From positions 1 through 64,000 of IMG/VR virus record IMGVR_UViG_3300037483_001012: a DNA stretch of 64,000 bases, one strand, 5' to 3'. The stretch's first letter is position 1; each line of letters starts with the position of its first letter. The notes below the pieces were generated by a model. The model was not told the DNA's origin. It searched no databases and saw nothing but the letters and a program-made list of their open reading frames with translations. The position numbers and the translations under genes are program-made. Below are positions 26,901 to 37,400 of the stretch, one piece after another. This stretch comes from a virus.

Positions 26901-27727
26901 TTACCGACCAAAGTGTCGGTCGCGGCCGGTAACTCCAAAGTCCCGGACGCAGCGGCCGCGGCCTGCAGCAAAGTGGAGCCAGAGCCAGAGCCAGACATTG
27001 TAACGGAAGCCGCCGTGGCTGCGCCGATATTCGGAGTGACCAACGACGGAGACGTCGACAAGACAAGTGGGCCAGTCCCGGTATCAACCACCGGGGTGCT
27101 CGAGTAGACCTGATAATTTGTACCGTCAGAAACGATCCGGATGCCGCGATTGGGCTTGAGCACAAGCGATGTTTCGCCACCGATCGTGCTGGTCGTTGGC
27201 GTGATCGTCGCCGTTGCCGATCCGGTATAGCGAACATCGACATACCATCCGCTTTGGAAGATGGAGATCGCGCCGGCTTGTGGCAGGGTAGACGCGACCG
27301 CACCCGCGTTGGAATAGATTACCAGCGCGCCTTTGTCGGCATCTTGCAAAGTGTCGGTCGTGCCAGATCGCTCTACCGGGACCTGCAATACGCTCACGGA
27401 AAATGCGTGCGTTGTGGTATCAAGTGTGCCGGTAGGAACCCATTGGGTGCCATCATGCCACTTCAAAACCTTCGGATTTGTAGAAGTGTCCCACCAGCAT
27501 TGATAGACTTGCGCAACGTTTCCTATGCCGTTTTCTGGCGGCGTGTTGCCGCTGTTGCACGTAAACAAAGACTGTAAGCCGGGGTTCAAGTATGTCGTGA
27601 CAAACACACCCATGGTGAGTGGGCCGGTCGCCGGCATAACAATTGAGTTCTGAGCTGCGTGGCTTGGCGAAACGTATGCCAGCACCAAGGCAAGCAACAT
27701 CGGAACGAGACTGCGGAGCAGTTTCAT
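23918..27727 (-). CDS. Long Thr-rich repetitive tail fibre; probable start ATG 27727
   Basis: Recurrent TLATLAG.E.LTNKT, GTDTYVGR.TTDTLTNK and PTLG.ATATSIN repeats; lies downstream of gpJ. Confidence 0.8.
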   Translation of the reverse strand: MKLLRSLVPMLLALVLAYVSPSHAAQNSIVMPATGPLTMGVFVTTYLNPGLQSLFTCNSGNTPPENGIGNVAQVYQCWWDTSTNPKVLKWHDGTQWVPTGTLDTTTHAFSVSVLQVPVERSGTTDTLQDADKGALVIYSNAGAVASTLPQAGAISIFQSGWYVDVRYTGSATATITPTTSTIGGETSLVLKPNRGIRIVSDGTNYQVYSSTPVVDTGTGPLVLSTSPSLVTPNIGAATAASVTMSGSGSGSTLLQAAAAASGTLELPAATDTLVGKATTDVFTNKTLDTAATGNSLLIDGLAVTANTGTGAVARAVSPAFTTPSLGAATATSINGLTITSSTGTLTIANLKTLTASNTLTFTGTDGTSFAFPGSSDTVVTLGATQTLTSKTLTAPTINGGTHTAITSLGIRSGGTGAFDLTLANSENLTVGRTLTVTVNDAARTLNMGGDITTAAAFSTSGANALTLTTTGSTNVTLPVTGTLATLAGTETLTNKTLTSPMMTTPSLGVATATSINGLTITATTGTLTIASGKTLTASNSLTLAGVDGTTLTFQGTDTYVGRGTTDTLTNKTLTGPTIAGGTHTALTGLGIRSTGAAFDLTLATSEILTADRALSFVVNDAARTINLAGDLTTAGALSTAGAFPLTLTAAGSTNVTLPITGTLATLAGSEALTNKTINGLSVTSSTGTLTIASLKTLTASNSLTLAGVDATTITFQGTDTYVGRTTTDTLTNKTLTAPTVDGGTHTAITSFGLRSTGAAFDIKLAATEVLTADRALTIILNDAARSMNLGGNFTTAGPLVTSGAFSTTLNATGITSVTLPTAGTLATLAGAETFTNKTLTAPIIATISNTGTLTLPTSTDTLVGKATTDILTNKTFDTAGTGNSLSIAGVAVTANTGTGAMARATSPTFVTPTLGAATATSVNKMAITAPAAASTLAVADGKTFTVSNTLTLTGTDLSTVAFGGGGTVAYVANNLSVFAATTSSQLAGVLSDETGSGLAVFATSPSLVTPTLGVAAATSINKVAITAPATSATLTIANGKTLTANASLTFAGTDATTITFQGTDTYVGRATTDTLTNKSISGATNTLSAIANASLTNSSVTIGSTSVSLGATLSAATGRGSSGLNIDSCNSTGDANGTIAAADRCYYHTALSAPRTDTLPAANAVNAGQVFYLTDFRGVASGTNTITLQRAGADTINGGSSVVAVAAQYGAGIFWSDGVSRWTFMPAGAGGGGSGTVTQITAADGLSGGNITTSGTIKANYARQFMLPL

Positions 27728-27806
27728 TGGCTTTAGTCCTACGATCATTGAAATAAAAAGGCCGCCGATCAACGGCAGCCAATTCATCGAGGTCAGACGT
27801 TGAGCG

Positions 27807-28064
27807 TTACTTTTTGTCTGGCGCCGGCGCCTTGGCCGCTTCTGCGGCTTCGGCTTTTTTGGCCTCGGCTGCCGCATTCTTGACGCGCTCGGCGAGAACG
27901 GCGCCGGCCGCGGCGGCTTCCAAGCCTCGTGTTCTAACAGCAATATCGATGAAATTCAGCAGCACCTGGGCTTCTTGTTCGGTGAACACGGGGCGAACCT
28001 CGGCAGCGGCGACCGGAGAGGCAAGAGCGACAAGTAACGGTAGCATCGCGAAGCGTTTCATCAT
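27807..28064 (-). CDS. Small protein with signal peptide
   Basis: MMKRFAMLPLLVALASPVAAA-EV; AGGA RBS. Confidence 0.7.
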   Translation of the reverse strand: MMKRFAMLPLLVALASPVAAAEVRPVFTEQEAQVLLNFIDIAVRTRGLEAAAAGAVLAERVKNAAAEAKKAEAAEAAKAPAPDKK

Positions 28065-28090
28065 GAGTTATCCTGGTGGTTGATGAATGA

Positions 28091-28618
28091 TTATTGTGCG
28101 GGCTGCGGAACGGCCGGTCGGCGCGCGAGCGCGATGATGACCTTGTTTTTGATTTCCGTCTTGGCGCCTTTGGCGTCGACGGCGTCAAAAACACGGAAAT
28201 CAACAGCGCCGCCACTCGAGCCCTTGATCGCAGCGGCGATGGCTTGCGTCGCCGGCGTGTCGGGAGAAATACCAATGCCCTTGCCGATATCGAAGAGCGG
28301 GAATTCGATGTAGCTGTCGAAGCCAGCGCTTTCGAAGGCCTCGTCCAGGTCTTCCGCCAAGTCGCGGCAGTAATTCCCAGAGCAATATATTTCGACACGC
28401 ATCGGCGACAGTTCTTTCAGCTTTACGTTGAGTGCGACCAATTCGGCGCCGGTGAGAGATCCCCAACTGCGGGCCTTGGCGACCCGCGGTTGGTAAATTG
28501 TTCGCTCAACGGCAACAGGTTCGACCGGTGCGGTGGTGGTCGCCACATAGCCGGTGCCAGCCGCGACCGCGGCCACAGCCAAGGCGCCCATTGTCTTTGC
28601 GTTCAAAAACTTCGACAT
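28091..28618 (-). CDS. Hypothetical protein with N-terminal signal/anchor
   Basis: GGGAGA RBS; hydrophobic leader. Confidence 0.7.
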   Translation of the reverse strand: MSKFLNAKTMGALAVAAVAAGTGYVATTTAPVEPVAVERTIYQPRVAKARSWGSLTGAELVALNVKLKELSPMRVEIYCSGNYCRDLAEDLDEAFESAGFDSYIEFPLFDIGKGIGISPDTPATQAIAAAIKGSSGGAVDFRVFDAVDAKGAKTEIKNKVIIALARRPAVPQPAQ

Positions 28619-28628
28619 CGATATCTCC

Positions 28629-31600
28629 CTAGTATCCGGCGATGGAAAGATTGACCCCAGCCCGCTCAATGAAGATTCCAGAATTTCTCACGAAGGCGGT
28701 GCAGCCTGCCTTACTAAGATCTTTGATCACAACCTCATCTCCAGACTGTGCATCCACAATTGTCGCCTGTACGTGAGGCAGTGCTTCATCATTTGGTCCG
28801 CCGTTAAATGGCGCGGGATTGATGTCGTTCTTCGGCGTGAACGTAATCGGAAATCCTACCGCCGGCACGGTGATGTTGGTGACTTCATCTCGCCGGTCCG
28901 GCGGATCGATGAACCAGTTCATTGCCAGGCCATAGGCAATGACTTGATCGTTCGTCGTCCGAAGCTCCATGCCCATTTGAAAAAGCTGCCCAGTGTACTC
29001 ACCCGGAGCAAACTTCGTCCATGCGCCCCAATCGGCGGCGGAATAGAAAACGTCCGGCTCACCAAATACATCGCCTGAACCGAACACGTCACCGGCGCCG
29101 GTCTGCGACACCCTGATAATTGGATAGACGTCGACAAACTGCGTCGATAGGCCACCGAGCACATCAGGAGTCGCAAGAAAATCCTGAATCGTTAGTATGT
29201 CCTGACCGGTTGGCACGCCAGTGCCATTCCACGTTACCCCAACGAGGCATGGGGCCGCGCGTCCGATATCTACGATGTGCGGAGAATAGTATGCGCCGTT
29301 TCCTTGGCCGCCGGCATTCAGAACATCCACAACACTGAGAAAATCGTCCTCGGACAGCAGGTCGGCTTGACCGCCAGTCCTGATGTTGGCCGAGTCCCTT
29401 CCTGCCCAGCCTGTAAACGTTCCACTCCAGCCCTCTCCCGATTCATCATGCATAACAATTACATTGCGCGTCAAAAGCGGGTTCGAGATGTCAATATTGC
29501 TCGGGCTATCCGCATATATGCGCGGCCCTGCATCCGGACCAATATATGCTGCAACCCAATACTTGCCCTCACCGAAGACGAGAAACGGCGGGTGAGCGAC
29601 GTCATAAAGCCGCAGAGCGCTTTCGAATGTGGTTCCTTGCCTGATCTCATATTTATGCGGGCGATAATCGCTGATCTCGTCCCAACTGAGCGCCAGGTTA
29701 TTGGAGACAAAGGTCGTGCGAAGATTCGTAATATCGTCCGGCGGCAGCAGAAGCCCGTCGAGTTCCTTGGTCTCCGTCGTCAACCATGGCGACACGCGGC
29801 CTATCGCATCGAATGCACGAACTCGAAAACCCCAAACGCCTATCGTAAGGTCGAGGATGTCGATTGAAACAGACGACGTCGTGCCGGCGTGTTGCCAGTT
29901 CTCTCCCGGCGGCTTTGTCTGAACCTCATAACCGGTAACGCGACCATTGTTGGTCGGCGTCCAAGATACAGTGATCTTGTTGCGGACCAGCCCGCCACCA
30001 ACGAGCGTCAGGTTTTCTTGAACTACGATATTGGTCGGCGCCGCCAATGGACCGGTCGGCAGCGCTGTAAAACTGGCCTGCTCCAGCGTTAGGTTTTGTT
30101 CGATGCGAGCAAACTTGGTCGGATCGTGCAGGACGCCGGTGAACTCGAAGAGTCCACCATCCTCCTCAACGCGCGCAAGCACTCGCACCGCGCGCGGAGA
30201 AATGGATGACGAAGTCAGCGACCAGACCGCGCCGATGATCGGCACCGGATTGAACGGAATGTCAAAATTCAGAATACTCGTAGTAATGGCGCCGGTGGTT
30301 ATCGGCCGTTCGGAGATCGAACCGTCGATAAGGGCAACCTTGAGCGAGTATGTCTTTCCGCTCTCGATCTCAATTGGCCTGTCGACCTCGACACCGATAA
30401 CATCTCCTAAACCATTGGTGACAAGCCCAACGATGCGTCCACCAAACTCAAGACCGGAATATGCCGGATCGTTTACCTCAACAATTTGACCGGGGTAGAC
30501 CTGCGCATGATCCCACGCGGCCTTCCACTTACAGGCCTCGGATTCGCTTTTCTCACTCTCGATCGCCCATCGGCCTGTCCGATGCGCTTGGCCTCGGACG
30601 GTGCAGCCATATGCGACGATCTCCAGGACGCGCCATCCGAAGCGGCGGATATCGTCCGGATCGCCTTCGACAACCTCGATGTTCCTTTGGTAAAGATTAT
30701 CCGGATCGTACCATGTAACATAACATGCGGTGTGGCGCGCTTTCAGGCTGGCGCCGGACCAATCGATGATTCCGCCGATGACGTTTCCCGGAACGACGAG
30801 CTTGGCGGCATCGCCCGGCATATCGGCGATTGCCGTGACGCCGCTGGGCCCCCAAAACACAAGTCCGCGAAAGACGGACGCGATCATGGTGAGAACCTTG
30901 ATCGCCTCTTCCGCGTCAGCAATGACTCCGTTGAACGTGTACCTCGGCTCCTGACCGCCGAATCCGTCCGGCACAAGCTCGTCGCAATACTTTGCGATCG
31001 TATATAGGGTCCATTTGTCTCTCAGCGCGGCGGGGATGAATTCGCCAACGCCCCATCGGGTGTTGTCGACGCAAGCGTAGAAAACCCACGCCGGATTATC
31101 GGTCCATGCAACCTTGAACGTCCCATCCCATATCCCCGTGTATTCTCGCGTCAGGGGATCGTAGTTCGACGGCACTTTGATCTTGAGCCACCGGCCAAGA
31201 TATTTTCTGCTCGGAATGCGGCCGCCGAACGATTCGGCGTCGGCGGTGATCCCGAATAACGCGGTGTCGTTGTATCTGAGCTGATAGTCCTCGATGATCG
31301 TAAATGAATCGAAGAACGTCTGGTTCTGGAGTGTCGACGATGCATTGTCCGGGGTCAGTCGACGAGTGCGAATGTTCCACGGACCGCTTCCGGTAAGACT
31401 GACCCGATAGGCCCGCTGATATTGGCTCGACGTCTTCCCGGAAATGGTATCGTTAATCGCGGTGACAAAATCGCCACCTGATGCCTGGACGTCAATCGCA
31501 ACTTGGACCGACGTCGGATTGATGTCGCCGGTAGACTGATCTGCCTCCAATAGTGCATTCAGTCTAATTTTCACACGCACGGATGTCGCTGTCAGATCAT

Positions 31601-31982
31601 TGACGGCACGAACAACAGCGGATGCGTTCGTTATCTCAACTCCGACCGCCTGCTCGGCCTCGACCGCCACAAACCCGCCGAGCGGTTCTTGATCGGGCGT
31701 GCCGGCCCTGAACTCGACGCTGACATTGGTGAAGTTGAAAGACCCATCTTCGTTCTGAAGAGGCGTATCATCGAGGTAAACGCTCTTTAATCCATCGATA
31801 AGGCCTTCGACCTCGCCCTCACCGACAACATCGATAAGCCTGGCAATCGCGCGCGAGCGAAGCGTATTTGGCGCCTCGACCGGCGTATGTGCGCTGCTTC
31901 CGCCGCTCTTGCCTCCTCCACCCTTGGATCCAGAAATGATCCGATGAAATACTTCGGTTTGAGGCGCATTCAATCGCATCAA
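28629..31982 (-). CDS. Tail tip/host-specificity protein (lambda gpJ-like)
   Basis: GSKGGGGK...PNTLRS, GEGEVEG, WTDNPAW, DGFGGQEPRY; FN3-like repeats. Confidence 0.93.
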   Translation of the reverse strand: MMRLNAPQTEVFHRIISGSKGGGGKSGGSSAHTPVEAPNTLRSRAIARLIDVVGEGEVEGLIDGLKSVYLDDTPLQNEDGSFNFTNVSVEFRAGTPDQEPLGGFVAVEAEQAVGVEITNASAVVRAVNDLTATSVRVKIRLNALLEADQSTGDINPTSVQVAIDVQASGGDFVTAINDTISGKTSSQYQRAYRVSLTGSGPWNIRTRRLTPDNASSTLQNQTFFDSFTIIEDYQLRYNDTALFGITADAESFGGRIPSRKYLGRWLKIKVPSNYDPLTREYTGIWDGTFKVAWTDNPAWVFYACVDNTRWGVGEFIPAALRDKWTLYTIAKYCDELVPDGFGGQEPRYTFNGVIADAEEAIKVLTMIASVFRGLVFWGPSGVTAIADMPGDAAKLVVPGNVIGGIIDWSGASLKARHTACYVTWYDPDNLYQRNIEVVEGDPDDIRRFGWRVLEIVAYGCTVRGQAHRTGRWAIESEKSESEACKWKAAWDHAQVYPGQIVEVNDPAYSGLEFGGRIVGLVTNGLGDVIGVEVDRPIEIESGKTYSLKVALIDGSISERPITTGAITTSILNFDIPFNPVPIIGAVWSLTSSSISPRAVRVLARVEEDGGLFEFTGVLHDPTKFARIEQNLTLEQASFTALPTGPLAAPTNIVVQENLTLVGGGLVRNKITVSWTPTNNGRVTGYEVQTKPPGENWQHAGTTSSVSIDILDLTIGVWGFRVRAFDAIGRVSPWLTTETKELDGLLLPPDDITNLRTTFVSNNLALSWDEISDYRPHKYEIRQGTTFESALRLYDVAHPPFLVFGEGKYWVAAYIGPDAGPRIYADSPSNIDISNPLLTRNVIVMHDESGEGWSGTFTGWAGRDSANIRTGGQADLLSEDDFLSVVDVLNAGGQGNGAYYSPHIVDIGRAAPCLVGVTWNGTGVPTGQDILTIQDFLATPDVLGGLSTQFVDVYPIIRVSQTGAGDVFGSGDVFGEPDVFYSAADWGAWTKFAPGEYTGQLFQMGMELRTTNDQVIAYGLAMNWFIDPPDRRDEVTNITVPAVGFPITFTPKNDINPAPFNGGPNDEALPHVQATIVDAQSGDEVVIKDLSKAGCTAFVRNSGIFIERAGVNLSIAGY

Positions 31983-32608
31983 ATTTGCTCAACATCGAGG
32001 CCGGCGGCGACGGTAACTGAGCCGATAAGGCATTCTCCAAAAGCCAGTGGAACCGGGCGCCCCTGTTCCGATGTATTTTCAATGCCCCCAAAGAGAAACG
32101 ATTCCCTTCGGTCGACCGAAGCGCTGCCTCCACGCAGAGCAGGACTTGGTGACAGCATTTGCGCAACACCGGTGGCGACCAGTCCAAGGCCGAGCGCGGC
32201 GAAGTTGCCAAACGTGATCGTCTGGCCAAACAAAGTAGCGCCGCCGATTGCCGAAGCCGAAAGGCCGCCGGCGAGTCCAAGGGCATATGGCGCGGCGATC
32301 GCAACAGCGACAATCGCCAGTCCGGCAAGAACCTTTCCAAGACCGCGCCCGGAGCCGCCAATCACCGGAACGACATGCAGTTCGGTAGCGCGGCCGAGCC
32401 GCAGATCGAGTTCCGGCAAATCTAGGTCATGACCGCGCGCCTCGGGACCACGGATAATCCGATAGAAGCCCTCGGAAAACGCCGCCCTGAATCCTGGGAT
32501 TTGCAGGATGAGCGCGCGTAGCGCCTCGGTCGGTTTTTCCACGTCGAGCGCAAAGTTGCACCCGAAACGCTCGCCGAGCGCGCCATGAATAATGATGTTT
32601 CTGAGCAT
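31979..32608 (-). CDS. Tail assembly protein (lambda gpI-like)
   Basis: IHGALGERFG...VPVIGGSG...QGRPVPLAFGE. Confidence 0.9.
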   Translation of the reverse strand: MLRNIIIHGALGERFGCNFALDVEKPTEALRALILQIPGFRAAFSEGFYRIIRGPEARGHDLDLPELDLRLGRATELHVVPVIGGSGRGLGKVLAGLAIVAVAIAAPYALGLAGGLSASAIGGATLFGQTITFGNFAALGLGLVATGVAQMLSPSPALRGGSASVDRRESFLFGGIENTSEQGRPVPLAFGECLIGSVTVAAGLDVEQI

Positions 32609-33376
32609 CTAGCCCTCATAACGGAGCCAGTGGGTTACTTGGTTCAGCCATCGATTGACCGGCACACGGCCGGATATCCGGCCCATCAAATGATGGAGCA
32701 TCATCTCATTCGGCAGGAGAATGCCGGCGTGGTTCGGCACCTTTGACATGACGCTCATGAGCACGCCATCGCCAGGACGAATGACGCTCGGAACTGTCGG
32801 CCCGCGGCCGATCACTTTGAACCCAGCGCTTTCAAACCCGTCGACATAAAGATCTTTGCCGGCGTCATGCCACCACTCTGCGTCGCGCGGCGCGTCTTTG
32901 ATTTTAGTATTCTCGACCTGCCAGTAATACTTCCTGGCTATTGTGAAGCAGTCACGAACGCCGTGAATAAATTCGCGTCCGATATGCTTTCCGCTTTCGT
33001 CGCTCAGCGGTTCGTCGAGGATGTGATCTCCGAACCATACGATATCCGCGGCTCTTTCCTTGCGCGCCCAGGCTATCCCCCACGGAATTCCGGACCCTGT
33101 CGTTTCCATCTGCGACCTGATGTCGTCGGCCGATGGACAGCGCGGATCGTCGAAACGAATTGTCGGGTCGATCGGGCGCGTATGGCTGTGGATTACAGCT
33201 TGTAGATTCTCGTCGAGCGGCCACGCGTCGTCCGGCATTCTAAATTTCTCCGTCGGTCTTCCGGAGATGTTTTGAATAGGACGATACGCGCCGCCGATAA
33301 CAAGACCGCATGACTCTTTTGGATATTCCGCGATGGCGTGAGACTTGATGGCTGCATCGACCTCTGGACCGAACAT
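32609..33376 (-). CDS. Tail assembly protein (lambda gpK-like, JAB plus NlpC/P60)
   Basis: YPKESCG, IHSH...PSADD, GVRDCF, PNHAGI, LHH. Confidence 0.9.
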   Translation of the reverse strand: MFGPEVDAAIKSHAIAEYPKESCGLVIGGAYRPIQNISGRPTEKFRMPDDAWPLDENLQAVIHSHTRPIDPTIRFDDPRCPSADDIRSQMETTGSGIPWGIAWARKERAADIVWFGDHILDEPLSDESGKHIGREFIHGVRDCFTIARKYYWQVENTKIKDAPRDAEWWHDAGKDLYVDGFESAGFKVIGRGPTVPSVIRPGDGVLMSVMSKVPNHAGILLPNEMMLHHLMGRISGRVPVNRWLNQVTHWLRYEG

Positions 33377-34122
33377 TACAGCCTCACCCTGTTGACGCCG
33401 GGGAACCCGCCGAACGGCAATGGCTGGCTTGGAAACCGTTTTTTGCATCCGATATTGACGCGCTTTGCGCATCGATCGAGCGCGGGGTCGAACACCTCGA
33501 CGCCTTCATTATCGAACATCTTGTCGTCGTTGGTGTCGCCGGTGAATGGGCAGGTTGCCTGGGAATAATCGAACGCTACTGCGTCGGCGTCCCAAAACCG
33601 ATAGCGAAGCGGACAAAAACCTTGCGTGATCTGCCGTCCAGGAAGCAACCTACCCTCCACATCGATGGCTGGACCGAGCCGCCATTCGACGTAGACCTTG
33701 TTTTGCGCGATCTTCTGTTCGATCTGAAAAATGTCGGGGTCAAACTCAATATCAGGATCGGCATCCGGCTGACCGTCGAGATAGCGGCGGAACGTCCGGC
33801 GTCGCGTGACCTGGCACCCAAGAAGGTCCCTGAACGCTATCGCCAAAGCTGAAAACTGCAATTGGATGTTGGCCACCTTTAGATTTGGTGACGGTAGCGT
33901 TCCCTTCCCGGTCATCTGCCATCCGGTCGACTCCATCCGGATAGGGGAATAGATATTTCCGCCCCAGGTAACAGCCTGCGGAACCGGGTCGCTCAAGTCT
34001 GCGATCAACGGCGCCGGCGCCAAACGATAGATCTCGCCGCCGATATTTGTCGCATCGATCTCAAATAAAACGACATCGGGGTCGAGGCTGAGCTTTTGGA
34101 CCTCTTCTGTCGGAAAGGTCAT
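33376..34122 (-). CDS. Minor tail protein (lambda gpL-like)
   Basis: VTRRRTFRRYLD; conserved Cys set; LPFGGFPG. Confidence 0.92.
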   Translation of the reverse strand: MTFPTEEVQKLSLDPDVVLFEIDATNIGGEIYRLAPAPLIADLSDPVPQAVTWGGNIYSPIRMESTGWQMTGKGTLPSPNLKVANIQLQFSALAIAFRDLLGCQVTRRRTFRRYLDGQPDADPDIEFDPDIFQIEQKIAQNKVYVEWRLGPAIDVEGRLLPGRQITQGFCPLRYRFWDADAVAFDYSQATCPFTGDTNDDKMFDNEGVEVFDPALDRCAKRVNIGCKKRFPSQPLPFGGFPGVNRVRL

Positions 34123-34472
34123 AACCCGAAGTCCTCGGTAAACTCAGCGGTAAGACCGTAATAGAGCGGCGCCACGTCCATCATCGGCGTCCACTTCTTG
34201 CACCGCCACTTCCTCGGGGTGTCTTCATAGGGAAGCGTGTAGAGGAATGGCGTCGCGCCGGCCTTGGTCGTGAAGAATGTCAAGATCGTGCCGAGTTGGG
34301 CCTTGGTGAGCGTGTTGTTCCAACGAAGTGACCATGCCTGACCGATCGAGTTTAATCCGTCAGGTTGCGCTTGGACATATCCATCACCGAATGGCGCTTC
34401 GTTCGTTCGCGCGTTCACGTCCACGCTGCCGCCGATGGATGGCGCTACCGCTGGTGTGAACGTATCGGTCAC
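34119..34472 (-). CDS. Distal/minor tail protein (lambda gpM-like)
   Basis: FGDGYVQAQPDGLN. Confidence 0.9.
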   Translation of the reverse strand: MTDTFTPAVAPSIGGSVDVNARTNEAPFGDGYVQAQPDGLNSIGQAWSLRWNNTLTKAQLGTILTFFTTKAGATPFLYTLPYEDTPRKWRCKKWTPMMDVAPLYYGLTAEFTEDFGL

Positions 34473-37400
34473 TTGTTAAACATCCCGCCAGGTCTTGACT
34501 CGTCATAGAACACCTGCATGGCGATATTCTTCATCGCCTTTGCCGCTTCATTCCCGACCAGTTGCGCCTGCGCGATATCGGTCTTGTTCGCTCCGCTAGG
34601 CAGATTGATCTGGACCGGCGCCATGATCTGGACGGCGCCTCGCCCGACGCGTTCCGAAAGCCCGGAGATGACGTTGCCTGTGCGGTCCGCCATCTTTTCC
34701 GTCAGAACGTGCTCGCCGCGCTCGAGGATGGCTTTGTATTCTTTGCTGGTCAGGCCTGAATGAAGACGCGGCGCGCCGGCGAAACTTGAAACGGTTCGCA
34801 TCGGTGCCGCGTCACCGACGCGTCCACCGCTGTGATACAGACCGCCCGTTGTGGTTAGGCTAAGGCCAAGTCCACCACCACCGCCGCCGCCACCAAACAA
34901 CCCCGACAGTCCTGAAAACAAATCTCCGCCGCCGGCCTGGCCCAAAAACCCCTTGACGATATTGCGCAGTGGATTGGTGAACGCCTCCTGATATGCGATT
35001 TTTGCCAGCGTCTTTGCGAGATTCTGTGCCGCAACCCCGACATTGTCGAAATCGGCGATCGCTTCATCGGCAAAATTACCGATCGCGTCAGACGTGGTGT
35101 CGATCCACTTGTAGTTTTGGAACGACGCGAGGAAGTCGGCATAGGCCAACTTGGCTTGGCCCGCGGTGATCGAGCCGTTTTGAACGGCTAAATTCAGTTG
35201 CTGCTGCTTTTCCGCGACCAGCGGTACGATCTGTTCCCACGTTCCATATTGCTGAACGATATTGCGGTATTCGCCGCCGGCCTTCACCAACAGTTCGATA
35301 TCGCGCAACTCGATCAGCTTCGAACTGACGCCGGAGAAGTTTCCTGACTTGGCGGCGGCGACATAGGCCGCCAGATCATCGGCCGATGCCTTCATTGCCC
35401 GGCCGTGCTCGAGCACGGCGCGATCTATATCGCCGAGAAAGGCGCCTTGCGCAGTCTCTTTCAGGCGAGCGAGACGCTCGGCAAATGCTTCCGCCGCGCG
35501 CCGGCCGCGCTCATGTGCGCGCGCGAGTTTGTCTGCCCGATCCTCTTGAATTGCGAGAGATCTGGCGACGTCATAGCTGATTGGAATATTCTGCTTGAGT
35601 CCCTCGAAGTAAATCTCCTGCGCCCGCGCCTCGATGTCCTTGCCCTGCGCCTTGAGCAGTTTTTGCTGAATCCTATTATGGATGTTGCTGTAAAAGTCAC
35701 CAAACGCGGTCGCGGCCGCGCCGGCGGCGCGCTCTTCCTCGAGTGCAGCCGCGGCGGCAGCGCTTTCGATCTCGTCATAGGCGCTTGCGACCTGGCGAAG
35801 TGTTGCCTGCTCTTTCTCGCGCTGAAGGATGACTTCATAAGTGAGGTTGGTGCCATTCTTTTGCGCCTGGAGGTATTTTACCAATGCGGTGTGCTCTACC
35901 TCCCTGGCCTCCATCCTGGCGCGGATGCCGGAGGCCTCGATATCATAGCTCTGCAAAATGTCGCTATCAGACGTAAATTTCTTTGACGCCGATTCCGTCT
36001 CCTCCTTCGCCAACTCCATCGCAAGACTATTGGCGGCTTTTTCGGCCTCCTCGTAGTTTTTCTTGGCCTTATCGAGCCCGACAATAATCGCGGCGTTGGC
36101 GCGCACCTCTTCGTCGGCGAGCAACGGGTATTGCTTCTTCAAGTCCTGATAGCGCTTCTCGACCTCGTATGCCTGATCGCGCAGACGCAGCAGATCCTGC
36201 ACGTCGATGATTTCGCGCCGTGCCAAAAGCGGGGATTTTGCTTCTTTGAATTTATCGCTTTCGCTTGCATCATATGTGCTGCGGAATCTCTCGCCGCCGT
36301 CGCCACTGAGCTTGCTCAAGCCCTCCCGCTGAGCCGCGGTGAGTTTTCCTGACGCCAATAGATCGAGTTCGGCCCGGTAATCTTTCGCCGCGACGGCGGC
36401 GCCACGCAAGGCGCCGGCATTCTCTCGCGCGGCTTCAGCGAGCGAGTTGATATATGGCTTTGCCGTCTGTATTTTACTAAGCCGCTCATTAAAATCATCG
36501 ACGGTAATCGAACCCTGGGCATATTGCCTGACGAGTTCGATGACCTCGTTCTGCGCGGCAACGATTTGCCGATCTGACCCACTGGTGCCGGCACGTTGAA
36601 TCACGCGCGCATCGGAAATGATCTTTAATACGCGGTCATATTCCTTTTCGATGCTTTCAATATCGCTTTTGGTCTTTTTGACCCTGGCATCGAGCAGGGA
36701 GTCGCCGGCCCCGGCCTGTTCCTTTCCTCCAGCCGCATTGATCTTCTGCAGGCGCTGCTCGATCGTCTTCTGAGCGGACGCAATTTCCTGCGCGGCACGC
36801 GCCGACTTCGCGGCCAGCGCGCCCATTAGAACGATGGCCCCGGTAATCGCCACTCCCCACGGGCCGCCAAGCGTGCCGAGCAGGGCCAGAGATTGTCTAT
36901 TCACAAACGCCTTGGCCCGGCCAAACTGCGTGGCCGCGCTTTCCGCCGCGAGAAGATTGGTGGTCAACGGTTTGATCGCGGCGTTCAGCTTGGATACGTC
37001 CGCGACCTGCCCGGTCAGCGCCGTGCGAGCGTTTCGGGTGCCGCTATCTGTCACGGCCTCTTGCGCCGACCGTGCGTCAAGGCCGGCCAACCCAACATTG
37101 AGACGGGACTGCTGATAGGTAGACCGTAGCGTATTGACCCGCCTGGCCTGCTCCAATCGCTTGTCGACAGCCGCCTTTTCGGCGGTAGCCTGCAGATTGT
37201 CGATATCGACTTGCCGGCGAACAATCACTTCGCGGTCGCGCGCGATACCCTTTTCCGCATTCGCGAGTTCCCGCTCAATCGATATCCGGGCCTTTGTCGC
37301 TTCTCCCGTTGACTGCAGGCGGCCTGTCGTCGTCTGAAGACCAAGCGACGCCGTTTCATGGTTGCGGGCCGCGGCCAAGTCACGAACTAATTTGGCCTGG

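Noticed and set aside
24315-27107. Long Val/Ser-rich + strand ORFs
   Set aside because: Mirror frames of the Thr-rich fibre gene
20863-31982. Diversity-generating retroelement or invertible fibre switch
   Set aside because: No reverse transcriptase, invertase, TR/VR pair or flanking inverted repeats seen in the window
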